Shown: one piece after another, positions 26,273 through 32,000 of the stretch
Layout: each line of letters begins with the position of its first letter
Position numbering within the stretch: the stretch's first letter is position 1
NCBI RefSeq assembly: GCF_000016745.1
Contig: NC_009483.1
Location: 4,620,001 to 4,652,000, forward strand
Source: Geotalea uraniireducens Rf4
GTDB taxonomy: Bacteria > Desulfobacterota > Desulfuromonadia > Geobacterales > Geobacteraceae
DNA: 32,000 nt
Direction: 5' to 3'
Made by a program: the position numbers and the translations under genes
The notes under the pieces: generated by a model
Told to the model about the DNA's origin: nothing
The model's database searches: none
What the model saw: the letters and a program-made list of their open reading frames with translations, nothing else

Positions 26273-26300
26273 ATCCCCCTGTTTTTACTAATTATTTCGC

Positions 26301-26329
26301 AATATATGGGAATGCTTCATAGTATTCAA
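26301..26329 (-). promoter_or_regulatory. candidate sigma70 promoter of the four-gene operon (TTGAAT-N17-TATATT)
   Basis: The reverse strand reads cacTTGAATactatgaagcattcccaTATATTgcg. The -35 is at 26329-26324 and the -10 at 26306-26301. This would put the palindrome at about +22 to +65 of the transcript. Confidence 0.4.
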
Positions 26330-26422
26330 GTGCATTAAGAATATATTTTTTTAATTAGGTGCAAATCCGCGGAAGGATATAAGCCGTTGAGTTTTGAGCA
26401 GCTCTTTTAAATTTGATTATTT

Positions 26423-26592
26423 AACCTAAAAACGGCAGTTGTTTACCGCAAAGGCGCAAAGGGCGCAAAGAAATTCAAATACTTATGGGGATAAAGATCC
26501 AAATCAATCGGGTGAAAGGTTTCCGTTAGATAAATGATTGATTTTACTTCGCGTTCTTAGCGCCTTTGCGGTTCAAATGCTTTTTCTAGGTT
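26423..26592. mobile_element. MITE/REP-like foldback element A (~170 bp, ~50-bp imperfect terminal inverted repeats, CGCAAAG heptamer triplets)
   Basis: The left end is AACCTAAAAACGGCAGTTGTTTACCGCAAAGGCGCAAAGGGCGCAAAGAAA. The reverse complement of the right end is AACCTAGAAAAAGCATTTGAACCGCAAAGGCGCTAAGAACGCGAAGTAAA. No ORF is present. Confidence 0.6.
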
Positions 26593-26655
26593 TAAACGTA
26601 AGGAGAGTTACAGCGAAGGTAGGAGTAATAAAGAGGTACACGCGTCCAAGGAATC

Positions 26656-26685
26656 ATGACAACCGGCTGCATGTAATGTTATACT
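26656..26685 (+). promoter_or_regulatory. possible promoter for the macro-domain gene (ATGACA-N18-TATACT)
   Basis: The hexamers are seen at 26656-26661 and 26680-26685, ~65 nt upstream of ATG 26750. This is sequence match only. Confidence 0.3.
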
Positions 26686-26749
26686 CATTGCCGCCGGATG
26701 TACCCCGTACACCGGACAGCACAACATCCATCACGAAGAAAGTCATGCA

Positions 26750-27175
26750 ATGAAAGAAATTATCGGCAACATCTGGGATTATCAGGATAAGGCCATCATC
26801 GCCATAACCACCAACGGCCTGGTGGGGAAAACCGGGCTTGCTGTTTTCGGCCGGGGGTGCGCCAGACAGGCAATGGAACGCTTCCCCGACCTGCCGGCAC
26901 GGCTCGGCTCCTTGATCAATGCGCAAGGAAACCACGTTTTTTATCTGGGCAATGGGATTGTCAGCTTTCCTGTCGAGCATACCCCCTATGAAACGCCCGA
27001 CCTGCGCCTGATCAAACGTTCAGCCGGGGAGTTGGCAACACTTGCCGACAAAGAAGGGTGGCGCCTGGTGATCGTACCGAGGCCCGGATGCGGTGGCGGC
27101 GGCCTTGACTGGCGCGAAGTGAAACCGGTTCTGGAGAGTTGCCTCGACGACCGTTTCGTCATCATCTCCCAGTAA
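26750..27175 (+). CDS. small stand-alone macro-domain-like protein (ADP-ribose binding/hydrolase fold)
   Basis: 141 aa. GNIWDY..KAIIAITTNG...GLAVFGRGCARQAMERFP and LVIVPRPGCGGGGLDWREV mirror the GD(I/L)...AIV..(T/V)N....G.GIA and P.IGCG.GGL.W..V blocks of short phage-type macro domains. Confidence 0.55.
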   Translation: MKEIIGNIWDYQDKAIIAITTNGLVGKTGLAVFGRGCARQAMERFPDLPARLGSLINAQGNHVFYLGNGIVSFPVEHTPYETPDLRLIKRSAGELATLADKEGWRLVIVPRPGCGGGGLDWREVKPVLESCLDDRFVIISQ

Positions 27176-27197
27176 CATTCCCCCCCCTGGGAACTGT

Positions 27198-28325
27198 TTA
27201 ATAGAGGTCGTATTTCAGCAAGCGGCATTCAATCGGGCCGTTGAAGAGAACAATCCGCCGGGTGGCCTTCAAGCCGACGTATTTGGCCAGTTCCAGATTT
27301 CCCGTAAAGAGGAAAGCGGTGTACCCCTTGCAGCGCTGCTTCATGACATCGCCGATCTCCTTGTACAGCACTTTCAGCTCCTCCTCCTCGCCGAGCCGCT
27401 GCCCATAGGGCGGATTGAAGAGGATTACGCCCGGTGCAGGCGGAGGGGCAAGGTTGCGTATATCCCCCTGGGAAAACTGCACCATATCCCCCACATCGGC
27501 CCGCATACTGTTACTGCGCGCAATCTCGACGGCCTTTGCAGAAATGTCATGGCCGATAATCGGCACCGAAATGGTTTCATGGACCTCTTCTCGTGCCGCC
27601 CGAACCAATTCTTTCCACTTGTTGCGATCAAAACCGGGCCAGCGCTGAAAACCGAACTCTTGCCGCAGAAGACCGGGAGCGCAGCGACTTGCCTTAAGAG
27701 CAGCTTCAATCGGTATGGTCCCGGAACCGCACATTGGGTCAACCAGCGGCACAGAGGCGTCCCAACCGCTTAAATCAAGGAGCGCCGCTGCCAGGGTCTC
27801 CCTCAAAGGCGCCACATTCCTGTCCAAACGGTAACCGCGCCTGTCCAGGGGTGTTCCGGAAGTATCCAGGCTTACCGTGCACCGATTTCGGAACAGGTGA
27901 ACATTAACCCGCAGATCGGGATCTCTGGTATCAACATCGGGCCGGCTGCCACAGCGGTCGCGTATTTCGTCCACAATGGCATCTTTGGTCTTGAGCGCAA
28001 CAAAACCAGAGTGAGTCATGGCTGAATCGCGCAGATTGCAATCGACGGCCAGGGTCATATCCGGGGTGAGAAAATCATTCCAATGTATGGCGCGCACGCC
28101 GTCATAAAGGCTCTGCGGCGTATCGCAAGGAAATTCCGCAAGTGTCATCAGGATTCGACTTGCGGTGCGCAGCCGAAGATTTGTCCGGTAACACGTCGCC
28201 AGATCCCCGTTAAACCGGACTCCACCGCTTTCTACAGATAGCTCTTCTATCCCCAGTGCCCGCAGCTCTTCCGCCAGGACATCCTCTACCCCCTTGGCGG
28301 TGGTGGCAAAAAAGAACAGTTTCAT
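27198..28325 (-). CDS. THUMP-domain class I SAM-dependent RNA methyltransferase (COG0116, RlmL/YpsC-like)
   Basis: It has an N-terminal ferredoxin-like/THUMP region (MKLFFFATTAKGVEDVLAEEL...), SAM motif I VDPMCGSGTIPIEAA and motif IV FNPPYGQR. The track start at 28397 reads into repeat element B; ATG 28325 is preferred. Confidence 0.85.
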   Translation of the reverse strand: MKLFFFATTAKGVEDVLAEELRALGIEELSVESGGVRFNGDLATCYRTNLRLRTASRILMTLAEFPCDTPQSLYDGVRAIHWNDFLTPDMTLAVDCNLRDSAMTHSGFVALKTKDAIVDEIRDRCGSRPDVDTRDPDLRVNVHLFRNRCTVSLDTSGTPLDRRGYRLDRNVAPLRETLAAALLDLSGWDASVPLVDPMCGSGTIPIEAALKASRCAPGLLRQEFGFQRWPGFDRNKWKELVRAAREEVHETISVPIIGHDISAKAVEIARSNSMRADVGDMVQFSQGDIRNLAPPPAPGVILFNPPYGQRLGEEEELKVLYKEIGDVMKQRCKGYTAFLFTGNLELAKYVGLKATRRIVLFNGPIECRLLKYDLY

Positions 28326-28358
28326 ATTCGTCAATCTCTCCTCTACGTCTTCATTTAT

Positions 28359-28551
28359 CTTAAAAACGGCAGTTATCCTGGAAAAAACATTGAACACGGA
28401 TCAAATCTGATCTGTACGGATTTTCACGGATTCAGAAGATCGAGAACAAAGACCCAAAGGGATTATGGTCTGAAACCGGAATATGTCCTTGGGTTATCAG
28501 TGTTAATCCGTCAGGATCCGTGTTAATCCGTGTCCAACTGCCGTTTTTAGT
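28359..28551. mobile_element. MITE/REP-like foldback element B (~190 bp, 15-bp perfect termini CTAAAAACGGCAGTT, CACGGAT heptamer triplets)
   Basis: The left end is cTTAAAAACGGCAGTT (28359-28374) and the right end AACTGCCGTTTTTAG (28537-28551). There are three (C/T)ACGGAT copies in the left half and three ATCCGT copies in the right half. It shares its terminus with element A (26425-26440). Confidence 0.65.
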
Positions 28552-28657
28552 CCCTTAGAAAAATTATTTGCATGTTTTTTGCGAAGAATTTTTCGTGAAG
28601 GGACTTATCCCGTTCATCGGGGTTAGGTTTATTGGGTAAGATACACTACGGGCTGAC

Positions 28658-28689
28658 ATAAAGAAAGGGAGATAATGGAATTATCCCCC
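28658..28689 (-). terminator. intrinsic terminator after the cytochrome operon
   Basis: The reverse strand reads GGGGGATAAT-tcc-ATTATCTCCC followed by TTTCTTTAT, ~40 nt downstream of the stop at 28727. Confidence 0.6.
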
Positions 28690-28726
28690 TCTCTGAGCTA
28701 TTGGGTTGCGATTCGTTGTTGATATT

Positions 28727-29059
28727 CTATTTTGCCGCCTTCTCCTTGGACTCAAGGACATAGGCAAAAAGGTCCCGGCACATTTGCAGGCGCTTGCGGT
28801 AGACCTTGCGGGGAGTCTCCTCAAGGGATTCTATGACCGGTTTCAGTTTTTCACACCCGGCAATCAGCTCTTTCAATTCGCCGGTCGTCAAGGTCATCGC
28901 CACGTCCGTCTTGGCACACAACTCCATGATTTTTTCCTTCCACCCTTCCTCGCCGTAAACCGGCTGAACAAGGCTGTAGCCCGAAAAAGTCATGACCGGG
29001 GGGAGCAATAACAACAAAGAGATGGTGAATAAACGCACGATGTTTTTTTTCGTCAACAT
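28727..29059 (-). CDS. small secreted/periplasmic helical protein (110 aa), unknown function
   Basis: The ATG at 29059 lies 3 nt after the upstream cytochrome stop. The signal-like N-terminus is MLTKKNIVRLFTISLLLLLPPVMTFSG. The mature part is helical with three Cys. The track start at 29215 overlaps the cytochrome gene. Confidence 0.6.
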   Translation of the reverse strand: MLTKKNIVRLFTISLLLLLPPVMTFSGYSLVQPVYGEEGWKEKIMELCAKTDVAMTLTTGELKELIAGCEKLKPVIESLEETPRKVYRKRLQMCRDLFAYVLESKEKAAK

Positions 29060-29061
29060 AG

Positions 29062-29841
29062 TTATTCCTTGATTCCCGGGTGGCATCTTTTGCAGTCGTT
29101 CATGGGGAACGCCACGTTTATATGGCACACTCCGCAGAACTGACCCTTTAAAATATACGACATGGAGAAGAATTTTGTGGTTTTCTTTTTGATATTGAAC
29201 ACATCCGGGTGGCAACTATCGCAATCAAGCCAGGCGGTATGGGCTTTATGTGGAAATATGGACGGCGGAATGATATTCATTTCCGAGTCCAGTATCAGCA
29301 TCTTGTCAAAGGGGAGATCCTGGGATTTTGTTTTAACATAATGGGCAGGAGAAATTACCCCCAGCTTCAGCGATTCAACCCAGTTGATGCCATCACCATA
29401 GGAGGTTCTGGCAAACGGTAATTTCGAAAATATATCGAACTTCTGCTTGCCATAGGTAATATCGCCATTATGGCACTTGTCGCAGTTACCGTTATGCCTG
29501 AAAGCCGTTTTGCCGTTATGACAGGCGCCGCAATATTTTCCTTTCCTGTTGGCAAACTCGGTTATCTCGGTCGTGTTGACCTTCATGTTGAACTCGAGTT
29601 CCGAGTGGCAGACGCGGCAGGTATACTTGATCCTGTGCTGCCAATGGGAAAACGTGGCCGGTTTGACGCCGTTCTTGGTGGAAGTGCGGTTGATGAGAAT
29701 ATTGCCGTATTCTTCAGCAGGGGGAAGCGGCGGAAGATCGAAAAACTCGGACGCCGACGCCGACGACAAGCAGAACAGCAAGCCCCACATCATTATGACA
29801 ATTGTCAGTCTCAAACCGGTTTTGTATGGCATCGTTGACAA
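29062..29841 (-). CDS. hexahaem c-type cytochrome (two c7/c3-like trihaem halves)
   Basis: It has a signal peptide and six CXXCH motifs (CRVCH, CGACH, CDKCH, CDSCH, CGVCH, CKRCH), with F.H..H motifs preceding the first haem of each half. It is a paralogue of the upstream gene. Confidence 0.88.
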   Translation of the reverse strand: MSTMPYKTGLRLTIVIMMWGLLFCLSSASASEFFDLPPLPPAEEYGNILINRTSTKNGVKPATFSHWQHRIKYTCRVCHSELEFNMKVNTTEITEFANRKGKYCGACHNGKTAFRHNGNCDKCHNGDITYGKQKFDIFSKLPFARTSYGDGINWVESLKLGVISPAHYVKTKSQDLPFDKMLILDSEMNIIPPSIFPHKAHTAWLDCDSCHPDVFNIKKKTTKFFSMSYILKGQFCGVCHINVAFPMNDCKRCHPGIKE

Positions 29842-30608
29842 TCCGTCTGGGGGAACGCTACCGTATCGTGGCAGACGCCGCAGTATTTCCCCTGGAATAA
29901 ATCTACCATGGTGTATTTATCGGCGCCCTTCTTCATGCCGATAAAAATTTCCGGATGGCAGACTTCACAGCCGTTCCAGATAGTGTGCTTCTTATGTGAG
30001 AAGATTATATCGGGGATTCCTTCGATTTTCGAGGTAAGGGCAAAATCCTTTTGCGTGGCCAGGGGCGCTTTTTTGATGGAGACCCCCTCGATGAAATCAA
30101 TCGGCTTGATCAGCCCCAGCACTTCCGCCTGCTCCCAGTTTATGCCGTTGCCATAACGTTCTTTAGGCATTTTTTCCGCAAACTTCTCAAATTCTGCTTC
30201 TTTCTTGGGGTTGGGGGCGGAGAGATGGCACCGTTCACAGCGCTTCACCTCTTCCTTGGTAAACTCCTTTGAACATGCCTTAAACACCACCCTGTCGCCA
30301 TAGACCATTTTACCGTTATGGCAGGTGCCGCAGAAGTAGCCGCGCATATTGTCCGCGGCCTTCAATTGGGTTTCGCCGGCCTTCATGGAAAAACCGATAT
30401 CCATATGGCAAAGCCTGCATGTGTATTTACTCCGGTGCACCCAGTGATCAAACTGAACAGGCTTGAGTCCCACCTTTTCCGAGTAGTTGTTAATGGTGAC
30501 TTTACCGAACTCATAGGGAGGCACTCTCTTCTTCTTAACGCCTACTTGAGCGAAAGTTACCCCCGCCATACCGGCAAAGAGAACTATCACAAAGAACATC
30601 TTCTTCAT
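29811..30608 (-). CDS. hexahaem c-type cytochrome (paralogue of 29062..29841)
   Basis: The start is moved to ATG 30608 (MKKMFFVIVLFAGMAGVTFAQ) behind a G-rich SD. The six CXXCH motifs are CRLCH, CGTCH, CERCH, CEVCH, CGVCH and CQRCH. Its 3' end overlaps the next gene by ~22-31 nt. Confidence 0.88.
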   Translation of the reverse strand: MKKMFFVIVLFAGMAGVTFAQVGVKKKRVPPYEFGKVTINNYSEKVGLKPVQFDHWVHRSKYTCRLCHMDIGFSMKAGETQLKAADNMRGYFCGTCHNGKMVYGDRVVFKACSKEFTKEEVKRCERCHLSAPNPKKEAEFEKFAEKMPKERYGNGINWEQAEVLGLIKPIDFIEGVSIKKAPLATQKDFALTSKIEGIPDIIFSHKKHTIWNGCEVCHPEIFIGMKKGADKYTMVDLFQGKYCGVCHDTVAFPQTDCQRCHTKPV

Positions 30609-30651
30609 ATTCCGCCCCCCTATGTTCTGATATTTATATAAGTGGATTAAA

Positions 30652-30680
30652 ATAATAATCAAGTAGCCGTACCATGTCAA
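30652..30680 (-). promoter_or_regulatory. sigma70-type promoter for the cytochrome operon (TTGACA-N17-TATTAT)
   Basis: The reverse strand reads accgTTGACAtggtacggctacttgatTATTATtttaat. The -35 is at 30680-30675 and the -10 at 30657-30652, ~45 nt upstream of ATG 30608. Confidence 0.45.
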
Positions 30681-30860
30681 CGGTATAATAATATTTTTTA
30701 AATAATCACCCGTAATGTGACAGCCGAGACACGTCCTTTTTTATTATTTATGTGAACTATTTCTATTGATCTGACAGATTTTCAACTTTCCCGCTTGCTT
30801 TTGCGCGTTTTAATGGTATTGAGATAAAATAATTTATTTTCACTAAAAAGGGAGCCGTTT

Positions 30861-32000
30861 ATGAACATTCACGAGTACCAGGCCAAAGAGATTTTAAGCT
30901 CCTTCGGCATTCCGGTGCCACGCGGCAGGGTTGCTCTGACCTCCGACCAGGTGGAACGTGCGGCCAAGGAGATGGGAGGGCGTTGCGTGGTGAAGGCCCA
31001 GATATACGCCGGCGGCAGGGGTAAGGCCGGCGGCGTCAAGCTGGTCCACCACCCGGAGCAGGCGCAGGAACTGGGGAAGGACCTGTTCACCAGGAAACTG
31101 GTCACACCGCAGACCGGCCCGGAGGGTCTAAGGGTGCGGAGGATTCTGGTAGAGGAGGCGGTGGAAATCGCTCGCGAGTTCTATCTCTCCATCACCCTCG
31201 ACCGGGAATCATCCCGCTACTGCCTGATCGCCTCGGCCGAAGGCGGGGTAGAGATCGAAGAGGTGGCGCAAAAGTCGCCGGAGAAGATCCACATGCTTAC
31301 CATCGACCCGTTCACCGGACTTCGTCCCTACCAGGCGCGCAAAATCGCCCTTGCCCTCGGCCTGGCGGGGAGCGTCTGCGAGGACTGCGTCGAGCTGATC
31401 CTGAACCTGTACCGTCTCTGCCTGGAAAAGGACTGCTACCTGGTGGAGATCAACCCGCTGGTAGTGACCAGGGCGGGGTGGCTCATGGCCATGGACGCCA
31501 AGATCAACTTTGACGACAACGCCATGTTCCGCCACCGGGAGTACCCCGACATGCTCGACTACTCCCAGCTCGACACACTGGAGATCAACGCCGGCAAGTA
31601 CGACCTCTCCTACATCAAGCTGCAGGGAAATATCGGCTGTATGGTGAACGGCGCCGGTCTGGCCATGGCAACCCTGGACGTGCTCAAAGAGTTCGGGGGC
31701 GAACCCGCCAACTTCCTCGACGTGGGGGGTGGAGCAACCAGGGAAAAGGTGGCCGAGGCGTTCAAGATTATCCTCCAGGACTCTGACGTCAAAGGGGTCT
31801 TTGTCAATATTTTCGGCGGCATCATGCGTTGCGACGTAATCGCCCAGGGGATCATCGAGGCGGCCTCCGAGGTGCACTGTGCACTCCCCATCGTGGTGAG
31901 AATGGACGGCAGCAAGGTGGAAGAGGGAAAAAAGCTCCTTCTGGATTCGGGCCTGAACGTCCAGATCGGTGAAAACCTGGGGGACGGCGCTGCGCGGATT
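30861..32000 (+). CDS. sucC: succinyl-CoA synthetase (ADP-forming) beta subunit, 380 codons, 3' end just beyond window
   Basis: ATG 30861 follows an AAAGGGAG SD. My translation is MNIHEYQAKEILSSFGIPVPRG...VVKAQIYAGGRGKAGGVKL...GNIGCMVNGAGLAMATLD...VNIFGGIMRCD, all classic SucC blocks. It is open to position 32000 and absent from the track because there is no stop. Confidence 0.93.
   Translation, partial: MNIHEYQAKEILSSFGIPVPRGRVALTSDQVERAAKEMGGRCVVKAQIYAGGRGKAGGVKLVHHPEQAQELGKDLFTRKLVTPQTGPEGLRVRRILVEEAVEIAREFYLSITLDRESSRYCLIASAEGGVEIEEVAQKSPEKIHMLTIDPFTGLRPYQARKIALALGLAGSVCEDCVELILNLYRLCLEKDCYLVEINPLVVTRAGWLMAMDAKINFDDNAMFRHREYPDMLDYSQLDTLEINAGKYDLSYIKLQGNIGCMVNGAGLAMATLDVLKEFGGEPANFLDVGGGATREKVAEAFKIILQDSDVKGVFVNIFGGIMRCDVIAQGIIEAASEVHCALPIVVRMDGSKVEEGKKLLLDSGLNVQIGENLGDGAARI

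Noticed and set aside
13430-26600. tRNA-anchored genomic island carrying the giant-protein operon
   Set aside because: The tRNA 3' end faces away from the operon, towards nif3. No integrase, no direct repeat of the tRNA 3' end and no other mobility gene is visible. The compositional anomaly is patchy and intragenic rather than spanning one block from the tRNA.
26538-26753. + strand ORF of 71 aa upstream of the macro gene
   Set aside because: It starts inside MITE-like element A, has no SD, gives a low-complexity product, and overlaps the likely promoter and leader of the macro-domain gene.
30655-30675. Sigma54 promoter (TGGTAC-N-CTTGA) upstream of the cytochrome operon
   Set aside because: The GG and the would-be GC elements are mis-spaced by one nucleotide and the -12 element reads TTGA rather than TTGC. 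The same DNA gives a much better sigma70 match (TTGACA-N17-TATTAT). No enhancer-binding-protein gene is nearby.
8801-30680. N-terminal extensions offered by the ORF track (mraZ to 8824, YkgJ-like to 10195, regulator to 10826, serpin to 23013, methyltransferase to 28397, small protein to 29215, cytochrome to 30680)
   Set aside because: The extensions overlap upstream genes, operator repeats, promoter hexamers or the MITE-like element. They also precede internal ATGs that have SD sequences and give canonical N-termini (MFRGKF, MEKRKILLVDD, MKLFFFATT) or signal peptides.
31209-31915. Reverse-strand ORFs 31209..31877 and 31610..31915
   Set aside because: They are antisense to sucC, whose + strand translation matches succinyl-CoA synthetase beta blocks throughout.

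Overview
The window reads as a Geobacter-like (Desulfuromonadota) chromosome segment; that taxon call is an inference from multihaem cytochromes, G+C content and GC-rich REP hairpins. All calls come from reading the sequence and ORF track by eye, with no database or profile search. Nearly everything is on the reverse strand. (1) 1-8.9 kb holds the 5' half of a canonical dcw cluster (mraZ-rsmH-ftsL-ftsI-murE-murF-mraY-murD'), with a near-consensus sigma70 promoter, phased MraZ-type boxes, and a REP hairpin between mraY and murD. (2) 9.1-10.8 kb holds a small hypothetical protein, a YkgJ-type Cys-cluster protein and a receiver-PilZ response regulator. (3) 10.9-13.6 kb is an RNA-centred unit: tRNA(CAT), Nif3-like protein, COG1579 zinc-ribbon protein and RNase P RNA (type A). 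(4) 13.6-26.3 kb is the most interesting part, an apparent four-gene operon encoding only extracytoplasmic proteins. These are a 1,055-aa fusion of a Cys-less transglutaminase fold with a caspase/gingipain-type (clan CD) His-Cys domain, a lipoprotein serpin with an atypical hinge, an M23 metallopeptidase, and a 2,528-aa giant protein. The giant protein runs alpha/alpha-toroid repeats, 5 CARDB, FG-GAP beta-propeller, 3 CARDB, Ig-like arrays, then an Asp/His/Arg-rich tail. A 44-bp palindrome lies in the operon leader, and base composition is strongly mosaic, with a low-GC core crossing gene boundaries. I know of no named system with this gene combination. (5) 26.4-28.6 kb holds two foldback MITE-like elements that share CTAAAAACGGCAGTT termini and bracket a small macro-domain gene and a THUMP-type RNA methyltransferase gene. 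(6) 28.7-30.7 kb holds two tandem paralogous hexahaem c-type cytochromes plus a small secreted protein. (7) From 30.86 kb, sucC runs off the window end. Most long + strand ORFs in the track are antisense shadows of these GC-rich genes.
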